Below are positions 1-12,239 of a stretch of 64,000 nt of DNA, in pieces. The notes below the pieces were generated by a model, which searched no databases, was not told the origin of the DNA, and saw only the letters and a program-made list of their open reading frames with translations. A program made the translations under genes and the position numbers. Source of the stretch: Chrysomallon squamiferum (taxonomy: Eukaryota; Animalia; Mollusca); assembly GCA_012295275.1 (NCBI GenBank), contig CM022673.1, positions 5,022,001-5,086,000 on the forward strand, in the 5' to 3' direction. Numbering within the stretch: the first letter of the stretch is position 1; each line of letters starts with the position of its first letter.

Positions 1-45
<45 letters not shown>

Positions 46-252
46 TGGTCATGTACATGTAACAGATTGAGGCCCTGATATCAGACCAGTTTCATCTCCG
101 AAAAATCTGCCTTAAACTAATACCGAACTCTCTGACCGATATTTTTCTGTCCTGCGCACAATGGAGAAACGTTTTGTTTTATTCGATATTATCGAAATGA
201 AGAGATATCTTTTAAATTTAAGTCAAAGAAGGCAGCGTCTGGTGTCACGCAG

Positions 253-405
253 ATCCTTCACACGTGTCCGATGGTGCTGTTCACAGCGTCACTTACGTGT
301 GACGTCCCGCTACAAACAAACACGATGAAGTTTGGTGATCTTGTCTGCCCGACTTGCCAGTTCTGTCCTCAAGGTCATGAGAAAAGGTCCAGTTTTGGAA
401 TGGTA

Positions 406-504
<99 letters not shown>

Positions 505-513
505 TATACATAT

Positions 514-560
<47 letters not shown>

Positions 561-1610
561 GATATATATATATATATAGCACGTAAACACGCACACAAAT
601 TACACTAAACAAATACACATAATGCACGGGCAAACCTACCAAAATGTTTAAAGAAATAAAATCAATCTAAAAAATCCCTCCGCCAAAACACAAATCAACA
701 AATGCAATTGAAATAAATTAATAAATGAATATATTTCTTTATCAGGCAGTGTAAACAGCAAAACTTGTACAAACAAAGATAGAAGAACAACATTTGTTTG
801 TTGCAAAGAATAACAAACATGTAATAATTATCTGTGAACTTGACTGATCCATCACCACCAGAGAACAAACATACATAAATAATATATATATGAATTAATA
901 AAAAAATCTATAAGAAATAAATAAATAAAAAATATATTTCTTTATCAGGCAGTATAAACAGCAAAACTTGTATAAACAAATATTAAAAAAACATTTGTCT
1001 GTTGCAAAAAATAACAAACATGTAATAATCATCTCCGAAAACAAACATACATAAATAAAATCTCCACTATGAAATTATTATTATTTTTTTTTAATCTGTG
1101 TATATGAAGCAAAAATGTTTTACAAATTCACAGAAACTATTTGCATCTGCAATTTCGTTTTTCTTGTAAAGGGACACTAAAAAGAAGATAGAAAAAATCA
1201 TAACAGAAAATAAATAATTTAATTAATTATTTAATGAATAGGTATTTTCAATGCAGCAATAAGTCAAATTTATTTCATTTCTATCTGCAGATTTGTTATC
1301 AACTTATAAGTCGAAATTATAATTTAATACAGTTGATTAGTTAATCACCATAGTAAAATCAAGCTGCCTTGCTAAGAAAATACGCACAAATTATCATACA
1401 ATTAACATAATGTTAAATATCCAGCGTGTATCTCATTTTCAATTACGTCAGCAGATCCGTCTGAAAAAAGACAAAACTGTTTTTGCGTGTCCACAAGTTT
1501 TGTGTGTGACATCAACAGATCATTGTCCCGTGCCTTTGCAAACGACCAAGATGTCCTTCATGGGTCAAGAGTGTGCAGGGTGTCCTTACTGCCCTACTGA
1601 CCGTATCTGA
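253..1610 (+). CDS. Partial (3') gene for a small cysteine-rich repeat protein, antistasin-like Cys spacing; exons ~253-402 (5' boundary uncertain) and 1452/1455-1610
   Basis: Two homologous peptides: TCPMVLFTASLTCDVPLQTNTMKFGDLVCPTCQFCP and ACPQVLCVTSTDHCPVPLQTTKMSFMGQECAGCPYCP. A phase-0 donor (ATG|gtaatg, 402/403) matches a phase-0 acceptor (cag|); TGA at 1608-1610. No start codon in the window. Confidence 0.7.
408..578. repeat. Compound microsatellite (TC)n-(AC)n-(TA)n in intron
   Basis: Directly visible; explains the SLSL/ERER/CVCV ORFs. Confidence 0.95.
728..1058. repeat. Intronic direct duplication (~130-150 bp; copies at ~728-880 and ~931-1058)
   Basis: Both copies read aatatatttctttatcaggcagt(g/a)taaacagcaaaacttgta...taacaaacatgtaataat...acaaacatacataaataa. 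Confidence 0.85.
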
Positions 1611-1838
1611 AGTTGGTACAATTATCTTTTCGTTGTATTTGTTTTCCTTCGAAAACAATGCTGTCTCATTTTCATTGTATTTAGAACATGTTCAATATTT
1701 AAAAACTCTCTCTGTTTTCAGTATTTAGGCAATTTAATATCAGTCTTATAAAGGCTACTTTTAATTCTTTCTTTTTCTTTTTCAAATTAAAGTTTTGAAA
1801 GTGGTAAGGATTGGTGGCCAAAATATGATCTGTTGTTG

Positions 1839-1893
<55 letters not shown>

Positions 1894-3314
1894 GGTATGA
1901 GAAATGCCAATCCACAGACTTTATTTTAAGATTTAACATCGACAGCGTAAATACATAGGTTAATTGTTAAATCTTCTTTAAGGGTAGTGTTCTTGAACAG
2001 AAAAATTGGAAAAAATTACAAATTAAATTAAATAGAAATACGAACACAAACCATTCCGTGAACGTTTTGTTCTTCAATATTTAAAATTTCTAACTTTAAT
2101 ACAACAATTCACAGATAAAATTTTCTTTCTTCCTTTCATTCTTTTCCATAGTTTATAACTTTTCCCTTTCTTTTTACTTCTCAGATTACTGCGGATTAGA
2201 AAAAGAATAATATCTATGAGTTGGAAAATATCAATAAACACAATGTGAGCAATATAAAGTTTGAAATATTTTATGAATATAGCGTGAGACTAAACGTATA
2301 TCACGAGTTGTTGAAACAGGATTAATCGTATCGGATCTCATTTCAGTAAAAAAAAATAACAAATCCAAAATAAATAAAACATAAAAATAATAATAAAACA
2401 TCTTAAGCGTTTGCTAACTTTATCACTTTTCTGATGCAATAATTTAATTTTCAAATTAATTAATTAATTAATTAATACTGACTATACAAAAACGATAAGA
2501 TAAAATACGAGATAATGTGCATTTTTTTGTTTTGGTTTGCCTCAAAGAATCCATAATAAAAATATTTCATTAATTTGGTTTTAAAAATGTATGCTTTTAC
2601 AATTCATCTCCCTAAATTCAATGTGTGTGTGTATGTGTATAGCAAAAATTTCAATATTTCAAAGACGCGAAAATGTGCTGAAATTTAAGTCAATATATGT
2701 AACAATTTAGTCGAATGTTTTATAACGATTAAATTAATAAAAAGAATGATGTGAAATTGTTTGCGTTTTTTTAAAATTAAAATAAGGTATTTTACCGATT
2801 TTCCGGAATATCTATTTTGTTTTTCTGTTTTTCTTCCTTCCTTAACAAAACAGGGACAATAATAATTCAGTATAACACTTCTAGCAAACAAACTTCATTT
2901 CTCCCAAGTCTTTAAAGCAAAACCTACTGCAGGAAATTTAAAATTTAAATTTAAATGAAATACATTAATATCAGTGGAGCAAGCATATTAGTACAGGGTA
3001 CATCAATCAAATCAGAGTTTTAAATTTTTTAAAATAATAATAAACATAATATTGATAGAAATAAATAGTATTAACCTTGGACATGTTGACATCGAAAGTA
3101 AACAATAGAACACTTATACATAAAACTTAGTTACTTGGAAACCTCCATATTATAGAGAGGCATTTCTCTTATACACGACGATGGTAAGAGCCTACGATTA
3201 AAATTTTGAATTTAAAAATAAAAAATTTTAAGGAATGCTTTGAAATATGTTGAACATTTTTCCTGGAATTTTTTTAGTAATGTACACAAATGTGTTGACT
3301 TTTAAGTTAATATG

Positions 3315-4784
3315 TCAAGAGTCTGACTGTCGAATGTTTTTCAATTTTTCAGCTAAATCATATCGATCACATTTCTTTAACCCTTCGATAAGAGCCTCTT
3401 TAGTTGCTTTAGCCGCATTCTTTTGTCTCCAGCAGCACAGCATGCCGTGAGCCTGTAACTGTAAATTATGTGAATTCTTCTTCTCACAGTTTTCAATAAC
3501 TACATGTCCTAATTCTAGATTGAGTGCCAAGTTCTGCCATCCATTACCAAGAACGTTGGAGAGGAATATGAAAATACGATCAAGTTCATCTGGGGAAAAA
3601 AAAAAAAAAAACGAAATGAAAACGGTAAGCAGAAAATATGTTAATCCAGATTATATATATATATTAAGAATGTACTAAATTACAAATCTTTAAATGTTGT
3701 AATCATGGATGCTGATTGCGAAACTAAATTAATTAATTAATTATTACCTTGTTCGTGTTTGTTCAAACCTAATTGCATAGTCTCCGAGCGTGATAATGAC
3801 GGCAGATCTTCATTTGACATCTGTGCCAATTTTTCTCTGGATAGACTTGTGTGAAACACATGCGATTCGGCCTTTATAACATTGCCATCTGTGTCTCTCA
3901 GTATTTCTTTGTGATATACGCTCTGCACTGCCGCCACTACGATATTTGGAATGTTTGCGCAGCTGCTCACTGGTGCAGTCGACTCTGACGTTGGTACGGT
4001 TTCCTTGGTTTTTCCTTTGTTTCCATTATTACTATTTTCAAGATTCAACGAGAGTTTTGACTTCACTTCTTCAGACAGATTGTCGGTATGGTCTTCCATT
4101 TTTCTGCTTTCTTGCTGACTGTTGGAAGGAGACACAGGAAGTGTCTGAGCGGGCTCTCCCTTCTCGTGCTCGTCCACCAGTCGTATTCCCTTGGGGACAG
4201 GTTTCATACGATCAGCATCCTGGGAATAGTCTTCTTCTCTTGGTTGCACTGAATCTAATGAATGATAATGTATGTTCATGATTTTAATAATTACATTTAT
4301 CCAAGAGAAAGACATCCTATAATGATTCATGTTAGAAAAATCGACTATATATATATATTTTTTTTTTTTTTTTTTCTTTCTTTCTTTTTTTTTCATTTTT
4401 CTTTTCTTCCTTTTCTTTCTTTCTTTCTGTCTTTCTTTCTTTTCTTTTTTTTGTTTTTAAACGTTATGTTTAGATTTATGTAAACTATTAACATAAACGT
4501 AAATCCCTTTACCTTTAGACCTCAAATAAATATTTAAAGGCAACTGAACTTTATTAAAACACTCTGCCTATCTTGTTAATTTGTGTTGGGATGATTAAAT
4601 AAATAATAATAATAAAATAAATAAATAAAGTCAATAAATAAAATAAAATCTAATAAAATAAAATAAAATAAAACATTTAATAATAATAATAATAATTTTA
4701 AAAAACGCTAATGAATAAGGCATATTTCTTATTTATTGATCACTAATTTTTTTATTAATTTACTTCATTTTATTTATTTTTATT

Positions 4785-4840
<56 letters not shown>

Positions 4841-6781
4841 TTATTATTTTATCGGTTAATCTGGAATAAGTAATACTGACATAAAGATTACCTTCGACCA
4901 AAAGAAGTTTTCCACTATACAGTAAGGCACAACGAACAGACTTTTTTACCCCAAGATCATCAAAGACATATACGGGGAAAATCTTGCCTGGATCCTTCTT
5001 GTTTTGGTGTGAACATCTGCATAACAGAACTGTATCCCTGTTTGCTATACCTACTTCTGACAAAGTGCTGATGTTGTCCAAACACTTTCCACTAAAAATA
5101 ATGTTCATCTGAGAGTTATGCATATCCACAAATTTATTTAGGTAGATATACAGTTTTACATCGGATACTGTAGTGGTACGAACATCGTTAACAACAAACC
5201 GCATTGGTGGTTTTCCTACGCATCTCACAGTCAGTTCAATGCGATTTCTGTAAATCACCACATCAACTGTATCATCCGATCCGATACGATACGATTTAAG
5301 TGTCCTGTCGTACTTCATCTCTGCTCCGCAAAAGCTGAGCTCCATGTAGAAAGGATCTATTCCTTCTGAAGCCGCCAATAATTCTCTTAACTCGCTTACT
5401 TTGTCGTGTTTGTATATTTCAACAGTTTTTGAAGATGTGTTGTTATCTTGAAACAGCTTGATATTGAGCTGTGATTTGTTGCATGCTTGAACGAGCACGT
5501 GACAGTCCGGTCTGAAATCGCTCAGTGACGTAAGCAGATCACTGTCCCTGATGGTCCTTTTCTTCAGTTTCAGTTTTAAAGAATTTGGCTCTTGGTTAAA
5601 ATGATTCGCGACAAGATGTCGCAGATCGCTTCCAGTAGATCTGGAATGTTGTTCTGCCATAATGACTTTTCTGAAATTACTTTTCTTTACGTCAGCTAAA
5701 TGAACAGTAATTGGAATGCTGTTCTTGTCGCTTATGTGCACATCTATCTCAATAACATGTAAAGGCATCCAAAGATTGTTCATAGCCATCATCTGATCAA
5801 TCAGATAATGTTCATCTTTCAGAATCATATTTTTGCCGGAAAACCATATTTCCTTTCTTCCGTTCAAAAGATCTGGAAATTCTTTTCCAAACTGTCGATA
5901 GAATCTGTTTTTCATTTCGCCAATGCAATCGGTGTTGTAACAATTTAAATAGTACAAAATTTCCACATCAGGTTTTGAATGGTAATGACATCGTACTTTC
6001 AGAGGACTTTGGTCTATTAATACGCATTCAATCAACCGACTTGATTCCAAGATCTCACAAAACCTTTGCTCCGATTTACTGAAAATTCTTTTTTTCATAT
6101 ACAAGCAAACATGTTCAAGATTTTGCTCTCGTTTCTTTATAAAATCATCAATAAAGGTACCCACTGTCATAGTTTCTTGAACGCTAATACAGTGCAGTGT
6201 AGGTAACGATGCAATCGACAGGCCAGACAGTATCAAAAATACATTCTTTTTTATATAATCCTGATCAGCAATCACTGCGAAGAAGTTTGAACAAGTATTA
6301 TTGACAAGTACACAATCTTCTGAAACACGAAACTTTTCTGCAACATCTCTCTTCATGCTGTTAACGTTTGACGCAAAGAAAACTTTAAAAGTGACAGCTG
6401 AGAATGGCGCTTTACCTCGTAGATCAAACACAAACACAGCCAGACCTGGTGCTTCAATGAATTCTGGAAATATAGGTGAATCTTTATAAACGAAAGGTTC
6501 AGAACCAGAGTGATATGTGGTCTTTAGTTTAGGCTGACTGTAATTAGGGGAACAGTTAATGAACAAATATATAGTTGGTCTGAACTCCCCTCCATTCCTG
6601 AAACAATTACAGTTGAAGTACAATGTGAAGGTTTATGATATGTGGTACTGATGGTATTTAATAAGAAAACTGTGAATGTTACGCTTAAAAATTGTCTTCC
6701 ATTGTCATACCAACTCCAAAAAATGTAATAAAAATATATAATTTAATTGAAATTTTGAAACGAATAGTGTTTTGAAACAAA

Positions 6782-6835
<54 letters not shown>

Positions 6836-7282
6836 TAATAATAATAATAATAATAATAATAAAATGTGAAACAAACAAACAAACTAAGTACAAACAACAA
6901 CAATAATAACGTAATAGGTGACTGGATTTATCCTTTGTCAAGCAGTTCCAAATCACAAATCACATGTACTACCACGTGACTTGTACAATCACCAATCAAA
7001 ACAGACATTTCAGTGAACAAAATGAAAACAAATGTGTGTCTATTCAAATAGTCTAGTTGTATTTATTTATTATGATTTTTTTGGGGGGGAGGGGTATTTT
7101 CTTTTTTCTATTAATTTCATGCTTTCTTTTTTGTTTGTTGTTGGGTTTTTTTGAGAGGTTTTTGTTGTTTTTTATTTGCTTTTATGCAAAGGGCGATTTC
7201 TGTAGGAATATTAATAAATAATGTTTTAACTGTTCATAATTATGCTTTGACAAACGTCAATATATTTATTTAGGTATTTATC

Positions 7283-7353
<71 letters not shown>

Positions 7354-7638
7354 TTATGTATTAAAACAACAACAACAATAAATAAATAAATAAATAATAA
7401 ACAGACTTAGACAAACATACACACACAAAGACAGAACACACGCTCGCATGCGTCTGGCATACAAAGAAACATACAGTGAAATGAAACATTCTAACAATTC
7501 ACCTGATGAGAATTTTGTATCTGGAGACAGAAAGGGAGATGACTTGGCGCTGGCAGCATCAAAGCTGTCAAAAACAGAATCATGGAAGGAACTGTCATCA
7601 GGATAATCTGATCCCGTAAGACCTTGCGATTCACTCAT
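3315..7638 (-). CDS. Poly-ubiquitin-like-domain + C-terminal death-domain protein, paralog A; exons 7638-7503, 6481(or 6463)-4892, 4254-3748, 3589-3315
   Basis: The large exon has Ubl signatures (e.g. KVSELRELLAASEGIDPFYMELSFCGAEMKYDRTLKSYRIGSDDTVDV; TTVSDVK...QMNIIFSGKCLDNISTLSEVGIANRDTVLL). The last exon has a death-domain pattern (LSNVLGNGWQNLALNLEL...QAHGMLCCWRQKNAAKATKEALIEGLKKCDRYDLAEKL). All three introns are GT-AG with matching phase 1. Confidence 0.85.
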
Positions 7639-8357
7639 GATTAGAAAACTTCAAAAGAAAAAATAAAAATTAAAGGATTTAAAGTTCATTATTATTATTA
7701 TTATTAATATTATTGCAACTTCATCATCATCATCAATTTTAGTTATTTCACTTATTATTATTATTATTACTGATGTAAGTAAAAAGTGTTTTAAGATAAG
7801 TATTAATAGAAACAATAATACATTTACAATTTACGTCACAATCTGTTCATACCATTTAAAGAGATTTTATAATTATCTAATAAACTGTTTAAACATTGTG
7901 TGTGTATATATAACTGGGTTTGCTAAATATAACATATTTCATGACTGAATATGTAGGTCAAATTATCCTTTTATTGATTGGAAAGGCTTTCAGTCTTTGT
8001 AAGAAGTTTCGTTTTATCTCCGCTTATTTGTAGATTCAATTAATTTTATATTATTTATTTATTGGTTTTAATATAAGCTATTATTAATATGAATAAAACT
8101 TAAAAATGACTTACTGATATCATCCTTCAGGACGTTCTGAGAAACTTGAATAATTTCCGCGAATTTCAAGGGCACGTAACTCGAATTAGCTCGAGGAGTG
8201 GCGTATTTTAATTTGCCAGTATTTACGTGGAAGGCCAGTACAGAGCTTGTCACAGGCTCAGGCCTGACTGGAAATGTAGACCCCATTTGAAACAGTTCCT
8301 ATATGTAGGTGATAATTACATTTATTTATATATGGTTACATACATGATTTTTTATTA

Positions 8358-8402
<45 letters not shown>

Positions 8403-8534
8403 TATTGATTTTTTATTTATTTATTTTATTTTATTTATTTATTATTATTATTTTTTTTTTTGAATATTTGGACCAGTCTAATGTGAATTAGTTACGGTTA
8501 TTATTATTATTATTATTATTTTATATCTGTTACA

Positions 8535-8662
8535 GAATTCAGACTGCGTAACCAAATTTGTTACTTCAGTCAGATCCGTTCCATTTATGTTTGAGCGATG
8601 GAATTCAGATTGCGTAACTTTAATTGTTACTTCAAATCACATCCGCTCTTTTTATTGTTTCC
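8535..8662. repeat. ~66-bp tandem duplication upstream of paralog A containing C/EBP-like sites
   Basis: gaattcaga(c/t)tgcgtaac...ttgttacttca...atccg at 8535 and 8601; the second copy contains ATTGCGTAAC, matching RTTGCGYAAY. Confidence 0.7.
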
Positions 8663-9451
8663 GCTAATTTTTCAACTCCATAGCGTTGTTATAAAAAGGT
8701 TGGCATTTGGTAATTAACCAGGGACAGCGAAGTAAGCGAGAGCGAAGGAAATAATAATATTATTATTATCGTCAAGACGAGAATTCACTCAGACGGGGAA
8801 ACCAGTGTTTTTGAATGAAATTGTCTTTACGGACGAGTATAGTAAGCAATTGTCTATTCTTTAAGTTGATGCAAGTATCAGTTGCTTTGCTGGACTATGC
8901 CCTTTTTTAACGGAGAATTTTAGTTGATATAAAATCGTACTTTCCACGTTAGAGTCTAACCCATGCTCCCCGAGTTTTGTTGTTTGGCCGTTTTCAGATT
9001 TTGCATAATAAAGACAACTATGTGCTTTATTCATACCATCAGAATGTATCGACGTTCAGATTGTAAATAAACTGTTATCGCATCGTGATCAAAATACTGC
9101 AACACGATTGGTTATTTATTTTAACAGCAGGACAGTAAATGTTGTACGTGTCTGCCCGAACGAGCCATCGCGTGTTTTCCTTCGTTATGACATATTTGCG
9201 GTATTATACCACAAGTTATTTTTCGATTATTTCCATTCCGTTACATCAGAAAGCTGTTATTGCTTTAACTGCCAGTCTGCCAGAAAATGGACATACTTTT
9301 CATAATACATTTCTGTAAAAAAATTTAGTAAAAAATAAAATAAAATAAAATAAAATAAAAATGATAGAAAAGCCTGATTTTTTAAATAAATCAAAAAAAA
9401 TCGTAACTTTTGCAGTAACAATAACTAACCAATCATAAACATCTAGGTACC

Positions 9452-9494
<43 letters not shown>

Positions 9495-9696
9495 TTTTTT
9501 TTTTTAGAGTGATATCAATAAGAATAAAATATATAAAAAAAGTTCCCCCCTCCCTGGCGTACCTACCACATGCCACAGTCTACAAGTAAAATGATTAATT
9601 ATATTTATTTTCCCAAATTTAAACGTTAATTATCTAAAACAGTTTAGACTTTAAACTTTAAAGCATGATTATATTAACAATGAGATGGTTGTATAC

Positions 9697-10317
9697 AGTG
9701 GCGTGCATGGGGGGGGGGTGCCGAAAGGGCGATGATCCCGGACATCCAAACGGGTGGTGGTGGAGGTATCCAATATTTAAATCGAATGAATTGTTTATTT
9801 TAAGTTTCATCTGTGTTTACATATTCAAAATATCTTCCTTACTCGTAATATTTCTCAGTACCAGGCCTTATGCTTGAGTCTTTGGGGCACACAATCAAAT
9901 GACAGGCGGCGAGGCATTGGAGCTGGTCATGTACCGTCTCATCGGAGATCACAACCTACAATCTTGTTTTCCTAATACTGAAATAATGCTACGCATATAT
10001 TTGTGTATTATGGTTACAAACTGCTTGGGGGAGCGTTTATTTTCCAAATAGCGCCGCATAAAAAAAAATGCACAAAGAACGAAGATTGAACCTTGAACCT
10101 TGAAAACAATGAACGTGATAATCAGAGCAAGTTGTTGTGAAGCACGTCTACGACAGGCACGCTTTCTGACAGGTCAGCTAGGAGAATGAAGATGGGAGAA
10201 AAACGTTTAAATATGCTTGCGTTGATGAGCATCGAATGCGAGTTGTTCAGAACTGTTGACGATGCTTCCATTATAAAAGACTTTGCTCATACAATATCTC
10301 GAAGATGCGATATGTAA
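9697..10317 (+). mobile_element. Decayed, internally deleted hAT DNA transposon (C-terminal dimerization domain remnant)
   Basis: hAT-like end CAGTGGCGTGCA followed by a G-rich tract at 9697. Translation gives ...SCFPNTEIMLRIYLCIMVTNCLGERLFSK*RRIK... and then MGEKRLNMLALMSIECEL...IIKDFA, typical of the hAT dimerization domain, with an in-frame stop and an insertion. Confidence 0.85.
10087..10187 (-). mobile_element. ~100-bp insertion within the hAT remnant, probable 5'-truncated non-LTR retroelement
   Basis: Flanked by GAAGAT direct repeats (10081-10086, 10188-10193). One end carries short tandem (TGAACCT) repeats. Removing it rejoins the transposase RTK-MGEKRLN. Confidence 0.65.
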
Positions 10318-11353
10318 CTTAATCTGAGCCTAAAATCACATTCGTCTACTGGCCTAAACTTTGACCCACGTTTTCGGGGCATCGATTCAGTTACATTACA
10401 GTTTAAAAAGTATTTGCACTGGATTTTAATACTGTTAGCAAGATTCCTTTTGTTTCGACAATACATCTAAATGATCGTTCACATATTATGATGAGTTTAT
10501 GTTGTGTGTGTGACTATGATAATAGTGAGCGTGGGTTGAGGTGTGTGTGTGTGGGTGGGTGGGTGGGGCGTTTTGTAACTAGCCAGTAGTAGCTGCTTAT
10601 GCTGTGTTTTGCTACAGGAGCCGCAGTTTCTCTGGATAGGAGTGTCTCACTTTAGTCAGTAAACATTAACTTCCGGTTTGCCGACCTCAAGACTGGCTTC
10701 CTGCAAACCGATGGGAACCGCATCACTGCACTCCCCCCCTCCCCATCAAAAATGTGCTGATCACTGATAACGAGACTGAAAACGTAATGAGAAACAGGTT
10801 TGTTAAAATAAATACAATATAATAAATCAAAATAAATAAATAAATACAGTAACATAAAAATTTAAAAAAAATAAAATAAAAAATAATAATAATAATAATA
10901 ATAAAAAATAATAATAGTAAAAATAAATAATAAAGGAAGGGTGAGAAGGAAAACACTGTATTCATTTTTTTTTTTTTTTTTTTTACAATAAATTCACTAA
11001 TTTTTTAATACAGGATTAAAATAAACTGTATTTACACGCACACACACACACACACACACACTCACAAATTGCATGTGAATATACTTTTAAGTAACCAGTG
11101 TATAATGAAAGTAAGAATATATAGCTATCTATACAGTCAATGTGGTCATTATAAGATAAGCAGGTCATTTCATACTACTAAATAAAGTAGAGTATGCTTT
11201 AAGTACAGGTATACTATTAACAAATATGTTAGTAATAAATTATGTATTTACAAAGATTTTTATATTTATGTTGAGAACAGGCAATGAAGATAAATAAAAT
11301 CCAAAATTAATATGATCAGTTGTCATAGAACAGCTATTACAAAAAAATTAAAT

Positions 11354-11428
<75 letters not shown>

Positions 11429-12239
11429 TCCCTGTCTATTGCTATTACATTGATTATTTTATCTTCCAGTTTTGTTTTATTTTCAACACCCTTAGCATGT
11501 TTGATGACCAGCAATAAGAATAAAGGATAAACTAAAAATGCTCTTTACTGGAATGCATTTGATATTTGCCTTGTTATATTATGATCATGACAGGACCTGA
11601 GGTAATTACTAATGGTACATAAAGAAGAATCAAAAGTGCAGTTTCTTGATTTCCCACTGTGTGACAGTTATCTAAGCAAAAGCAAAACTAATCACTGTTT
11701 TAACTTCTGTTTTGTCACTTTGTTAAGAAATAGCTTTTTCATTATTTTATTTTATTATTATTATTATTAATAATATTTTTTTAATCTTAATTTCTTATAT
11801 GGCCAGGTGCATAAAGCACAGAAACTGCACAAGATTGATCTCCTTTATGTGTTTGATTCTTAGAGATCATCATATAATATTATAAACAATTATAGTACAA
11901 CATTACAAATGATAGAATAGTAATTATAATGGCCCCAAATGTCTTTCTCTCTTGCCAGTTTTTGTTTTTTTCTCTTCTCTTCTTTTGAGTCATCTTTCAC
12001 ACTGATAACATCCCACACCCTAGAACAATATTCTCCTGGGTTCCATAAGACAGCCCCAATGACAGTGTTTACCATATATTAATGTCACAAGTGTCTTGGA
12101 GAAATTTCCCAAGTCTGAACAAAGGGAAATAAACCTCAGCTGTCTTGATTGCTTTGTGTATCTCTTGTGAACCAGAGAGTCTGCTAGGTGCTTCTACTTC
12201 AGTCCCTCACATTCATATTCAGACTTGAATTTAATATTA

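Noticed and set aside
271-642. Numerous ORFs with SL/ER/CV/poly-I/poly-Y/poly-L runs here and throughout the window
   Set aside because: Translations of (TC)n, (AC)n, (TA)n and (AAT)n microsatellites, not proteins.
3760-3785. RHIM-like MQLG just before the death domain of paralog A
   Set aside because: Only a four-residue resemblance, flanks do not fit a RHIM, and paralog B has no equivalent.
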